From a virus: a stretch of 64,000 bases of DNA. Every line of letters starts with the position of its first letter. Position 1 is the stretch's first letter. The notes under the pieces are model-generated. The model made no database searches and was not told the origin of the DNA. It saw nothing but the letters and a program-made list of their open reading frames with translations. A program made the translations under genes and the position numbers. Below, in pieces: positions 53,820-62,679 of this stretch. The stretch spans positions 60,492-124,491 of IMG/VR virus record IMGVR_UViG_3300036818_000105; one strand, 5' to 3'.

Positions 53820-54457
53820 GATTCCTCCCTGGTCCGCTCGAGCCACTCGTCCCCGGTCTCGGTCCCGTTCCACTGGTCCTCCGGCTCGTTGTCGTCCGCG
53901 TCGGGAATGGCGGCCAGGACGCGTTCTTTCACGGCCTCGAGGTCGCCGCGCGAGACGTCGACCCACATGGCGTACAGGTCCCGCATGGCGTACAGGTCCC
54001 GCGCCTGGCGGGTGACGACCATGCCGAGTGTCTGCGCGGCCCGCCGGACCCTGGCGAGCTCGGCCCGGGCGTCTGCCGCCTCGGACCGGGCCGAGGACTG
54101 CGCGGCGTCCTGCCCGGTCATCGCCAGCACGACCGCGATGAACACGCGGTCCTTGACCCGCTGGTGCTCCGGCAGGTCCCGGTAGGGAACCATGCACGGA
54201 TGCGTTTTCAGGCGCGAGTCTTTCCGCGGACCGTGCTTCCAGCCTTGCGCTTGCCTGCTGCGGACCCACGTCTCGTGCAGTTCCCCCGGCGTCGCGCCGT
54301 CGCGGATCGCGCGGATCCCGGCGACGGTAACCGCGTGGGCCTCCGCGTCCCCGGCATCCCCGGGAAGGGACGGGGCCGGGTCGCCGTGCAGCGCCTGGAG
54401 CTCGGCGTTAGCGGCCCAGGCGACGGCGGCGACCTCCTCGTCGGTGTAGGCGGTCAC
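53816..54457 (-). CDS. RyR (ryanodine receptor repeat) domain protein
   Basis: LHETWV..R.AQGW.HGP.KD...KTHPCMVPY.DLP..QR.KD..F. Confidence 0.85.
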   Translation of the reverse strand: MTAYTDEEVAAVAWAANAELQALHGDPAPSLPGDAGDAEAHAVTVAGIRAIRDGATPGELHETWVRSRQAQGWKHGPRKDSRLKTHPCMVPYRDLPEHQRVKDRVFIAVVLAMTGQDAAQSSARSEAADARAELARVRRAAQTLGMVVTRQARDLYAMRDLYAMWVDVSRGDLEAVKERVLAAIPDADDNEPEDQWNGTETGDEWLERTREES

Positions 54458-54687
54458 GACCCGCCCCCCGCGGTCCTCGCCGTGAACTCGGCCCACGCCC
54501 GGGCGGGGAATGCGAGAGCGCCCCCGCCGCGGTCGGCGGTGTCACGGACCAGGACGACGGCGGGACCGTTGCCGGCTTCCACGCAGTTGCCGGCGGCCAC
54601 GCTGCGGGAGGACTTGCGCCAGTCCTCGCCTACCTCCACGCAGTTGCCGTTGTAGGAACTCCGGGAGGACTTCCGCCAGCCGCTCAT
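54454..54687 (-). CDS. DUF397 (BldB-like) protein with duplicated N-terminal motif
   Basis: WRKSSRS...GNCVE twice; VLVRDT...L.F....W.EF. Confidence 0.88.
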   Translation of the reverse strand: MSGWRKSSRSSYNGNCVEVGEDWRKSSRSVAAGNCVEAGNGPAVVLVRDTADRGGGALAFPARAWAEFTARTAGGGS

Positions 54688-54899
54688 TCACCGCTCCTTC
54701 CGAAGTCGTCGAACTCGCCGTTCCGCACCCCGCCGGCGAAGGCGTGCCACTCGTCCGGGGTGAATTCCAGGATCGGGCCGTGCGGGTACCGGGAGTTGCG
54801 GACGGCCACGGTGCCGCCAGGCAGCAGCATGACCTCAACGCAGTTGCCGTTAGCGAAACTCAGCGAGCTCCTGACCCATTTCGGGCTGTCTTGCGCCAT
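54684..54899 (-). CDS. DUF397 (BldB-like) protein
   Basis: WVRSSLSFANGNCVEV...VAVRNSR.P.GP.L.FT..EW.AF..GV..GEFD. Confidence 0.9.
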   Translation of the reverse strand: MAQDSPKWVRSSLSFANGNCVEVMLLPGGTVAVRNSRYPHGPILEFTPDEWHAFAGGVRNGEFDDFGRSGE

Positions 54900-54919
54900 T
54901 TCGTTTTCCTTTCAGGGAC

Positions 54920-54970
54920 CGGGCCCCGCACGCGTCCCGCCCGGGGGAACGGGGCGCGTGCGGGGGTCTC
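54920..54970 (-). terminator. Hairpin between the VWA and DUF397 genes
   Basis: CCCCGCACGCGTCCCG / CGGGGCGCGTGCGGGG stem. Confidence 0.45.
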
Positions 54971-54979
54971 GGGGGGTTG

Positions 54980-55783
54980 CTACGACTGGGACGGCACGAC
55001 GGCGATCGCCATGTCCTCGGACACCTCGGCCGGGTTGGCGACGCCCGCGAAGTAGTACGCGTGGACCCACGGGTGGTCCTTGGCGAGGCTGGCGTACTGC
55101 TGGTAGGCCGCCTGCCCGCCGCCGCCCTCCTCGCCGATGATGGCGACCGCCCACACCTCGTCCCACTCGCCGTGGACGCCGTAACCGCCCTGGCCGGCCG
55201 TGGCCTGCGCGAGGTAGGACTGGAACGCGCGGGCATCGGACAGCGCCCCGTCCGTCCACACGACGCGGGCGCGGACCGGCCGCTCGCCGCGCGGTGCCTC
55301 GTTCTCCCCGCCGGGGCCGAACTCGTCCGTGAAGTGGGCGTCCCCGGCCCTGATCGCGGCCATGATCTCGGTGCCGCCCTGCGGCTTGCCGCCCTTGAAG
55401 TAGGCGCCCTTGAACGCGTCCATCTTCCGCTGCCAGTTGGAGCTGTTCAGGTCCCCGTCGTCGTCGCCCTTGCCCATCGGCTGGAAGACGTTGCTGAACG
55501 GGTAGAAGTACACGCCCCCGTCGTCGTCGCTGCCGTCGGCCTGCTCATCGGCCGCCTGCGAGTCGAGGTCCTCGAAGGGCGCGATGAACTGGCGGGCGGC
55601 CTCCTCCTGGATGTCCCAGGTGCAGACGGCGGGGTTGCTGTCCCACGGCCAGCCCTCGGACTCCGAGCAGTCCAGGTAGCATTCCGGCTCGACCTCGCGC
55701 GTGCCGGTGTTGAGCGGGACGATCTCCTCGCGCCGCGTGCGGCTCGGGCCGCCGGTCGCGGCCTCGGTCCTGACGATCTGCAT
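54980..55783 (-). CDS. Stand-alone VWA-domain protein
   Basis: DCSES (DxSxS MIDAS), FSN, GGT.I, VWTDG. Confidence 0.6.
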   Translation of the reverse strand: MQIVRTEAATGGPSRTRREEIVPLNTGTREVEPECYLDCSESEGWPWDSNPAVCTWDIQEEAARQFIAPFEDLDSQAADEQADGSDDDGGVYFYPFSNVFQPMGKGDDDGDLNSSNWQRKMDAFKGAYFKGGKPQGGTEIMAAIRAGDAHFTDEFGPGGENEAPRGERPVRARVVWTDGALSDARAFQSYLAQATAGQGGYGVHGEWDEVWAVAIIGEEGGGGQAAYQQYASLAKDHPWVHAYYFAGVANPAEVSEDMAIAVVPSQS

Positions 55784-55853
55784 TTCGTTCCCTTCGCAGT
55801 CCAGGGGCGGCCCTCATGCCGCTCCCGGGGGTCTATGGGGCAGGGCGGGGCGC

Positions 55854-56267
55854 CTAGTCGTTGTCCTCGGTGAGCACCGGCTGCCCGCCGGTCACCCTCG
55901 CGATCTGCGGCGGCACTGCCCCGTCATGGGTGGCTGACCACGCTGCCGCGTAGTCCCCTGCACGGAGGGCGGCGATCGCCCCGGCGACGTGCCCGGCGGG
56001 CGGAGGGCGCTCGGCCGCCTTGCTCGTGATCCCACGGGCGAAGTCCCAGAGCTCGCGGGGCCTCGTCGGCGGGGTCTCCTGGCGGAAGGCGATGCCCATC
56101 AGGCGAAGGGCGAGCTTGTCCCACTCCAGCCCGGCTGTCTTCGCGGCGTGGATCGAGTTCCAGACCTCCTCGCGGGTCCAGTCGAGGCGGGTGTCGCAGG
56201 CGAAGTTCAGGAGGCCGCGGGCGCTCTCCTGCCACTGGGGCGGGGACTCGTCGTCCGGGTCGGTCAC
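55854..56267 (-). CDS. Hypothetical protein
   Basis: GGAGG + GTG overlap. Confidence 0.55.
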   Translation of the reverse strand: MTDPDDESPPQWQESARGLLNFACDTRLDWTREEVWNSIHAAKTAGLEWDKLALRLMGIAFRQETPPTRPRELWDFARGITSKAAERPPPAGHVAGAIAALRAGDYAAAWSATHDGAVPPQIARVTGGQPVLTEDND

Positions 56268-57037
56268 GACACCTCCCGAAGTTTCCGACGTACGGGACGC
56301 CCCGCCGCCACGTCGGCTTCTGCTTCCAGGCGAGCGGCAATTGCGGCTTCTTTTGCCTCAAACAAACCCAGGTATGTGCACTTGCGGTTGACCATGATCT
56401 GAGCGCGCCAAGGCTTGGGGGCCGATATCGACGGCTGGTAGACCACTCCGCGAACGCCGGAGGTGTTGTTGCGGCGGAGCGGCATCGGCGCGTCCGGGTC
56501 TACTTGCCGGGCCGCTTCGAGTTCGTCCCGCTGGCACAGTTCCGGCCTGGCCGCGTAGGCATACGCGCCTTGCGCTTCCAGGGCTACGGCGACGTAGGCG
56601 GCAGCAGCCTCTTCCTCGGAGCTAAAGATGCCGAGATAACGGTTCTTGCCGTCGACCTTTATGCACGCCTGCCATTTCCGGCGCTGCTTGTGCCAGGTGA
56701 CCCCCTTGTACTGCGACGAGTGGCCAGTCTGTGAACGCCGGTTGTACCCGTTCTGGACGGTGGTTGCCAGCCGAAGGTTCGCCCGTCGATTGTCTAGGCC
56801 GTCCCCGTTGGCGTGGTCTGTGATGGGATGGCCCGTGATGAGCTTGTGCATGAGAACGCTCGTCTTGCGGCCACCTTGCCGGGTTGCTGCTGCGGCGTAC
56901 GGGCCGTCAACGCGCCCGCCCGGGCGCTGAACTTCCCAGGCGTGCCAGCGGTAGCGCGATACCAGTTCATAGTCGGCGTCATCAATCAGGGCCACTCGGT
57001 CCGCAGCCCTCTTGCCGTGCAAGGGGATGGCTATCAC
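56264..57037 (-). CDS. HNH endonuclease with two AP2-like domains
   Basis: DHANGDGLDNRRANLR; SQYKGV.W...WQA.I; NTSGVRGV...W.AQI...LG.F. Confidence 0.88.
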   Translation of the reverse strand: MIAIPLHGKRAADRVALIDDADYELVSRYRWHAWEVQRPGGRVDGPYAAAATRQGGRKTSVLMHKLITGHPITDHANGDGLDNRRANLRLATTVQNGYNRRSQTGHSSQYKGVTWHKQRRKWQACIKVDGKNRYLGIFSSEEEAAAAYVAVALEAQGAYAYAARPELCQRDELEAARQVDPDAPMPLRRNNTSGVRGVVYQPSISAPKPWRAQIMVNRKCTYLGLFEAKEAAIAARLEAEADVAAGRPVRRKLREVS

Positions 57038-58314
57038 GAGGCAGTCGCCTCCCCGATTCCATCGAACAGGGAGCCCTGGCCTTCAGGGACCGGCGGGGGC
57101 TTGGGAACGCACATCGCCTTAGCGCGCTCTGCGGGGTCGCTGGCGCGCCAGCGGGCAAGGCGGCAGTAGTCGGCCGAGCGGTCGATGCCTATCCCGATGC
57201 GGCCATACGCGGACGCCACGAGCGCGGTTGTTCCCGTTCCTGAAAACGGGTCGACGACGATGGCCGGGCGCGTCGGGGCGTCAGGCTGCGGGCAGGCGCA
57301 GGCGTAGCCGGTGATGGCGGCCAGGCGTGTCGCGGATGACCCGTACGGCAAGGCGCTGTCGCGGCGGTTGTTGCCGGGATTCCGGTCAGCCCGGCTACCG
57401 GGCCGGTCATGCGACAGACGCGGCCTGTCCAGTCGGGCATATCCTGCCGTCTCGGTGACCGGCCGCCGTCCCTCGCCGCACTCCGCGCAGATCCCGGACG
57501 GCGACCAGCCGAGGATGACCCGTCGCGGGAGTTCCATCGGGAACGCGGCGAAGTGATCCACGCCGAGGTGCGCGGGGACGGACAGCGGCTGCGACGGGAT
57601 CTCCCAGACGGAGCCGGGCAGCTTGCCGAGGGGATGTCCGTCCACGCCTGCCTCGTCGCGCCGGGCCGTCGACCATGCCTGCCTGAGCTGCCCCTGCCTC
57701 GGCGTAAGGTCTTCGGGGCGACCGCCCGGTCGACGCTGCGGGCGCATGGTGTGCGGTTCGCGGATCTCGTCAACCGCCGCGAAGTAGCGGGACTGCTTCG
57801 TGAAGTGGAACACCTGCTCGTGCGAGCGGCGCACGCGGTCGGTGACGCTCTCGGGGAGGCCGTTCGGCTTGTCCCAGACGACCTCCGCCCGCAGGATCAG
57901 GCCGAGGTCGTCGACGCAGCCGAGCGCGTACCGCCACGGCAGGCCAATGAGGGACTTGGGCCGTACGCCGGTATCTGCGGGGCCTTTGCGCCGCGGCCTC
58001 TCCGGGCGGCTCGCCAGGCGCCCCTCCGTGCCCGCGGAGTGGCCAGGTCCACTGCGCTCGGCGTACTTGTCGCCGAGGTTGACGAACAGTGACCCCTCGG
58101 GCTTCAGCACGCGCAGCCATTCCCGCGTGCAGTCCAGCAGCGCCGCGACGTACTCGCGAGGCGTCTCCTCGCTGCCGATCTGCCCGTCGTAGTGCCCGCC
58201 GTTGTCGGAATACGACCGCAGGCCCCAGTACGGCGGCGACGTGACGATCAGGTCCACGCTCTCGTCCGCCACCGGCAGGCTCGCCGCGTCCCCCCGCAGG
58301 ATGACCACGCTCAC
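57034..58314 (-). CDS. DNA methyltransferase (N4-C/N6-A, beta class)
   Basis: VDLIVTSPPYW, RVLKPEGS, HFAAFP, DPFSGTGTT. Confidence 0.92.
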   Translation of the reverse strand: MSVVILRGDAASLPVADESVDLIVTSPPYWGLRSYSDNGGHYDGQIGSEETPREYVAALLDCTREWLRVLKPEGSLFVNLGDKYAERSGPGHSAGTEGRLASRPERPRRKGPADTGVRPKSLIGLPWRYALGCVDDLGLILRAEVVWDKPNGLPESVTDRVRRSHEQVFHFTKQSRYFAAVDEIREPHTMRPQRRPGGRPEDLTPRQGQLRQAWSTARRDEAGVDGHPLGKLPGSVWEIPSQPLSVPAHLGVDHFAAFPMELPRRVILGWSPSGICAECGEGRRPVTETAGYARLDRPRLSHDRPGSRADRNPGNNRRDSALPYGSSATRLAAITGYACACPQPDAPTRPAIVVDPFSGTGTTALVASAYGRIGIGIDRSADYCRLARWRASDPAERAKAMCVPKPPPVPEGQGSLFDGIGEATAS

Positions 58315-58619
58315 CGGCCCGCCTCCGGCCCCTTCGCGTCGCACGCCTGGCAGGCGAAGCCGGCAGGCGGCGAGTCAAGGCACTGCCCGCACGACACCGG
58401 GGCGACCAGTTCCGACAGCGGCTTCCCGAACGCGGCGGCAACCTTGTCCGCCGTCGCGAGGGTCGTGTTGCCGCCCCGTTCGATCCGGCGGATCATGGAC
58501 AGGCTCATCCCGGACCGGGAGGCCGTGTCCTCCCGTGACCACCCGTTCTCCGCCCGCAGGTCCCGCACCCGGCGGGCGAAGGCGACGGTCACGGAGACGG
58601 GCTTAGCGGGGGCGGTCAC
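58311..58619 (-). CDS. XRE HTH protein with C-terminal Zn finger
   Basis: VRDLRAENGWS...IRRIERG; CGQC...CQAC. Confidence 0.75.
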   Translation of the reverse strand: MTAPAKPVSVTVAFARRVRDLRAENGWSREDTASRSGMSLSMIRRIERGGNTTLATADKVAAAFGKPLSELVAPVSCGQCLDSPPAGFACQACDAKGPEAGR

Positions 58620-58830
58620 CGGGACTCCCCTTCGCGCCGAGCCCGGCCCTGGCGAGCTGCCGCCGGGCGTTGCGGGGACCGTGGCCGTACCGCTGCGGGG
58701 TTGCCCCCGTGATCACGGCCTCGCCGCTGGGCGGGGACCAGCGCAGGTGACCCTTTCCGGTCACGGATATCGTCCAGCCCTGCGCCCGCGCCATGCGGGC
58801 GGCCGGTCTCAGGTGCTTGGGAATCTTCAA
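58603..58830 (-). CDS. HicA-like protein
   Basis: GGGAGG + TTG; QGW.I..T.KGHL.W..P.G..V....TP......RN....L.RAGL. Confidence 0.65.
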   Translation of the reverse strand: MKIPKHLRPAARMARAQGWTISVTGKGHLRWSPPSGEAVITGATPQRYGHGPRNARRQLARAGLGAKGSPGDRPR

Positions 58831-58847
58831 GGAATGCCTCCCTGTGG

Positions 58848-59420
58848 TTAGCGGGCACTGGCGGCCTCCTCGGCTAGGCGGTCGGCATGCTCCACGATGG
58901 TTTCCTTGAAAATCCCGAGCAGCTCCACCTGGCGCATGCCGCCCCAGACGAACGGGATCGAGAAGCCCGGCAGGTGGACTACCCATGGCCGCTCCCTGCT
59001 GCCGATGATCGTGAGATCCGGGGCGCGTTCGCCGTACCGCCAGAAGACGAGATCGGTGCTTGAGTCTGGCTCGCAGCGCTGCGCCGGGAGCATGCGCGCC
59101 AGGAGCCCGTCAACGCGGCCTAGCACGTCACCCGCATCCTCACCCTTGCGAGGTGCGAGCATCTGCGTAGGCTTGAGTTCGATCAGGTGCATGCCGCCGT
59201 CGGGGCGGTTCGTCTCGTCAACGCGGAAGTCTGCGAGCCACTGGCCCCGCTCGTCAGCGAAGCACTCGGGCTCGTACTCCCACTTGTGACCGGTTCTGTC
59301 GAGAGAGCCGGCATAGTCAGCCTCAAGGCGTGACCGCATGCGAATGCCCTTGTAAAGCGTCGGGCGGCCCTTCATGTAGTTCGCGCCCGGGGCCTTATTG
59401 GGCGGCGTCTTAGCGGGCAC
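58848..59420 (-). CDS. PD-(D/E)xK-type nuclease-like protein
   Basis: PT.YKGIRMRSRLEA..A..LD..G..WEYEP..F, L.DF, IELKP. Confidence 0.75.
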   Translation of the reverse strand: MPAKTPPNKAPGANYMKGRPTLYKGIRMRSRLEADYAGSLDRTGHKWEYEPECFADERGQWLADFRVDETNRPDGGMHLIELKPTQMLAPRKGEDAGDVLGRVDGLLARMLPAQRCEPDSSTDLVFWRYGERAPDLTIIGSRERPWVVHLPGFSIPFVWGGMRQVELLGIFKETIVEHADRLAEEAASAR

Positions 59421-59730
59421 TTGCGGCCTTCCTCGGGGAGGCGGAACGAACCTGGCGGCGAAGAGGGCGTCTAAGCTGCTCGACGGGGGCAACAGGCTCG
59501 GTGACTGCCGGGCATGCAACCGCGTGCTGCCGGTACAGGTACTCGCCATCGCGGACGTGCCCGGACTTGCCGACAGGGCGGCAGCGAGGCGTGCGGGTGA
59601 TGTCCCATGCGACCGACCACGGGCCGTCCTCGAAGGCCGCATCAAACGCGATCACCTCGCCGGTGACGGCAAGCGCAAACAGCACGCGGCCCTTGCAGTC
59701 GCGGCAGCGGCCGAATCCGGGAACGGTCAT
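59410..59730 (-). CDS. Zn-binding hypothetical protein
   Basis: CRDC...H...C. Confidence 0.55.
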   Translation of the reverse strand: MTVPGFGRCRDCKGRVLFALAVTGEVIAFDAAFEDGPWSVAWDITRTPRCRPVGKSGHVRDGEYLYRQHAVACPAVTEPVAPVEQLRRPLRRQVRSASPRKAASAR

Positions 59731-60662
59731 GCTGACCTCGCTTGGGCGTCGGGGTGGCACTTCGGGCACTTGCGGGTCCCGGCCTGGCCGAACTCGTCAA
59801 GCAGGAACCGGGTTCGCTCATGGCACTTCCCGCACCACTTCGGCCGGGCTGCCACCTGGCCGCCTGGCCGGCACTTGCGCTCGGCGGCCGGCCACCACGG
59901 GCCGTCCTGTCCGAGGCGGCCGGGGTGCTGCGACTCCGGGTCGCGGGCCATGAGCGCGTACGCCTCGCAGACGACGGGCCAGGGCCTCTCGCGGGCCGAC
60001 GGGTCGTCAAGCGCGCGGCGGATGCTCCTGCTCGACCAGTCCTGCCGGAATGCCCGGATGGACTCAACGAGCGCGGTTACGGCGGCAGGTGTTCTCTCCG
60101 TGAAATCCCCCTCCTCCACGGGGTCCGTCGGAAGCCCGAGCGCGACCAGTGATCCGAGGCTGGGGGGTAGGGGGGTTCCTCCGGTTTTAAAATCCCTAAC
60201 TCCCATATAAGGAGCAGGGTCCGGAAAACCCGGACCCTTCAGGGGGTCAAACCCGGACCCTTCAGTCACAGAACCCGGACCCTTCGCGGAGCTGAAGCAT
60301 CCGGATTCCCCGGACCCTTCATCAGGGTTATCCACAGGGTGCGCGTCTGGGTCTCCGGGCCGCGCGGCCTCCGTGGCAGGGTCGAATGAGGCGATGGCGT
60401 AGACGGCCTTTACGCCGTTCCGCCCGCGCTCTAGGCGCTCGAGGGCGCCCTTGGAGACGAGGGAAGCGAACACCGCGTACCTCTCGCTCCGCCCGAGGCG
60501 CAGCCGGGCGATGATCTCCGGGTTGTCCTCGATGCCAGGGGGAAGCTCCCGCGTCGCGTCGATCGCGGACGCGGCGAGCACGATGAGCGAGTAGCGCTCG
60601 CGCCAGGTGAGGCCGCCGGGTGCGTGGCGGCTGGTGGACTCCATGACGAGGCGGATGCCCAT
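59727..60662 (-). CDS. Replication initiator (lambda O-like organisation)
   Basis: N-terminal wHTH, central iteron-encoded linker, C-terminal WCGKC..R.R...CPKCHP. Confidence 0.75.
   Translation of the reverse strand: MGIRLVMESTSRHAPGGLTWRERYSLIVLAASAIDATRELPPGIEDNPEIIARLRLGRSERYAVFASLVSKGALERLERGRNGVKAVYAIASFDPATEAARPGDPDAHPVDNPDEGSGESGCFSSAKGPGSVTEGSGFDPLKGPGFPDPAPYMGVRDFKTGGTPLPPSLGSLVALGLPTDPVEEGDFTERTPAAVTALVESIRAFRQDWSSRSIRRALDDPSARERPWPVVCEAYALMARDPESQHPGRLGQDGPWWPAAERKCRPGGQVAARPKWCGKCHERTRFLLDEFGQAGTRKCPKCHPDAQARSA
60185..60336. other. Putative origin of replication
   Basis: Four CCCGGACCCTTC iterons (in 60228-60240, 60251-60263, 60273-60285, 60308-60320), AT-rich 60185-60210, DnaA box TTATCCACA at 60328-60336. 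Confidence 0.75.
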
Positions 60663-61020
60663 GTCAGCGTCCCGCCGCGGCGGGACAAGGCGCAGGTGCG
60701 TGCAGCGTGGTTCCTGAGCGGGTCGCCACGGGCTAAGCGGATTTCTGCGCGGGGCCGGGGGTCTTGCACTAGACACCTTCGATCGGTCCACGGGGGTCAC
60801 TAAGGCGAACGGGGGATGGCACATTGCCGTCACGGTGCCCCCCTCTCGATCGGCGGGCAGTCACCGGGAAGCCCCAGGGGTCGCAGCGGAACCCACGCGG
60901 CCCCGGACGCGCAGAGCGGCACCACGACGGGGGTTTCCGGCCCCGCCGTCCACAGCGGGCGCAGGGCCACGCCGAGGGTATGGGCGACCGCGACCGCTAC
61001 GGATAGGAGAAAGGCGCTCA

Positions 61021-61392
61021 CTAGGCCGGGGAACCCTTCTCCCGGTGCGCCCTCGCGGACCCAAGCCCGGCGTGCAGCGCCCGCGCGAACTCGTCAGCGT
61101 CGGCGCCGAGAAGCTGCCCCTGAACCCTGGCGCCGCCCCCGCTGACGGTGAACCACGCGTAGAAGCTGTCAAGGACGGCGGCAAGCTCTGCCACGGTCCA
61201 CGGCGCGGCGGCCGGCCCGGGCGCGGCGAGGTCGCGGGCGGCCCGCATGCCGGCTTCGAACGCCTCGGCCATGCCCTCGCAGTCGTCCGGGTGCGTGCTG
61301 TAGGCGTTGGCTTCCATCCAGCCACGCCACTCGGCATGGTCCTGCTCGGCCTGCGGGTCGCGCTCCGGTCGCTCCGGCGTCGGCGCGCTCAC
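61021..61392 (-). CDS. Hypothetical protein
   Basis: GTGA overlap. Confidence 0.55.
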   Translation of the reverse strand: MSAPTPERPERDPQAEQDHAEWRGWMEANAYSTHPDDCEGMAEAFEAGMRAARDLAAPGPAAAPWTVAELAAVLDSFYAWFTVSGGGARVQGQLLGADADEFARALHAGLGSARAHREKGSPA

Positions 61393-61601
61393 CACGCGTT
61401 CACCTCGATGGGACCGGACCCGGCCGACGGCTGGCCTGAGCACGGCTTGATCGGCCCGTCTCCCGCACGGGCAACCACCTCGTAGACGTGGCACCGGACG
61501 CAGCGGAACAGGTCGGTGTGCGACTCGTAATGGAACTCGTGGCCGCCGTAGGGATCATCGGGCTGTGCCGCTGCCCGTCCCGGCGTCTTCTCTTCGCTCA
61601 T
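61389..61601 (-). CDS. Small hypothetical protein (CxxC)
   Basis: SD GAGGG + ATG; divergent from the RHH gene. Confidence 0.55.
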   Translation of the reverse strand: MSEEKTPGRAAAQPDDPYGGHEFHYESHTDLFRCVRCHVYEVVARAGDGPIKPCSGQPSAGSGPIEVNAW

Positions 61602-61621
61602 GCATTCGTCCCTCAGATGGG

Positions 61622-61668
61622 TTGCGGTGTACGTACACCAAGGTATCGTTGGTGTACGTACACCGCAA
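61622..61668. promoter_or_regulatory. Operator: perfect 20-bp inverted repeat built from GGTGTACGTACACC palindromes
   Basis: TTGCGGTGTACGTACACCAA-N7-TTGGTGTACGTACACCGCAA. Confidence 0.8.
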
Positions 61669-61714
61669 GGGAGTCGCATTGAAAACTGTCCGTACACCCG
61701 GCACACTTGACCGC

Positions 61715-61900
61715 GTGCCCAACCATCCGAAGACACAGCACCGCTCGGTGCGCATCGAGGATGACGACTGGGCCGACGCCGACACGGCGACTAAGCGCAT
61801 GAGTACCGACCGCGCCAAGGTCATCAACCAGCTTCTGCGCTGGTACCTGAGGCGGCCGGGGGTGACTCTCCCCGAGCGACCGCCGCGCCGCGAGTCCTGA
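61715..61900 (+). CDS. Ribbon-helix-helix regulator
   Basis: PN.PKT..RSVRI.DD.W.......DRA.VI.QLLRWY. Confidence 0.75.
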   Translation: MPNHPKTQHRSVRIEDDDWADADTATKRMSTDRAKVINQLLRWYLRRPGVTLPERPPRRES

Positions 61901-61902
61901 CC

Positions 61903-62106
61903 TCACCGGACGGCCCCGCCGGCCAGGACCCACGCCCACCCGACCAGCGCCCACGCTCCCAGGCTGAGGGACACCCCGAGGACAAGGAACACGGCACCGG
62001 GAAGGTCCGGGCGCCTGTGCCGCATGACGGCCGCCTTCACCGCTCCCGCCGCCGACAGCGCGGTCAGCGCGATGACGACGCAGAGGCCGCTGCCGCCGGG
62101 GCTCAC
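61903..62106 (-). CDS. Small membrane protein
   Basis: Two hydrophobic segments. Confidence 0.5.
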   Translation of the reverse strand: MSPGGSGLCVVIALTALSAAGAVKAAVMRHRRPDLPGAVFLVLGVSLSLGAWALVGWAWVLAGGAVR

Positions 62107-62537
62107 GCCGGCCTCCGCTCGTGCCGCGTCTGCGGCAGCGCGTCAAGCAGGCCCTCAAGGCTCACCCTGTCGCGGATGGCGTCAAGCTCCTCGTCACTCC
62201 ACCCGGCGCGCACCTCCCGGACCGACAGCGCGCACCACCCGGCCATCAGGACCGTCATCACCCCGGCGGCCACCGAGGCGGCTGGCAGCCCGGAGACGGC
62301 ACCGAGAACCGACGCGGTGGCGCTTACCGTCGTCACCAGCCACCCCGCGTGCAGGAACCAGCCCGACAGCACCGGGGGACGGGGGAACCGCTCTGTCATT
62401 GACCTCAGCCTCTCCCGGGCGCAATCCCACGCGGTCAGTACCGCGGCGCGCGCCCTGCCGGAGTTCACCAGGACGATCCCGGCCGCCCAGGCGGCGACCG
62501 CCCCGGCCTCCGCCGCGGTCTCAGCCATGGCGCTCAC
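62103..62537 (-). CDS. Membrane protein
   Basis: Three hydrophobic segments; GTGA overlaps. Confidence 0.5.
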   Translation of the reverse strand: MSAMAETAAEAGAVAAWAAGIVLVNSGRARAAVLTAWDCARERLRSMTERFPRPPVLSGWFLHAGWLVTTVSATASVLGAVSGLPAASVAAGVMTVLMAGWCALSVREVRAGWSDEELDAIRDRVSLEGLLDALPQTRHERRPA

Positions 62538-62679
62538 CGGGAGTACCCTTTCCGGCCGCCGGCGCACCAGCAGCCCCCGCCGGGAGTCCCGGGGTAGCTG
62601 TCCGAGCACAGATGGGGGGCGTCCCCGGTGAGCGCGGAGGCGAGGCGGTGCCACAGGTCGGCGAGGGCGGCGAGGCGGG

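Noticed and set aside
57034-59420. Restriction-modification system (MTase + PD-(D/E)xK nuclease)
   Set aside because: The genes are not adjacent, and both types are common as orphans in phage early regions
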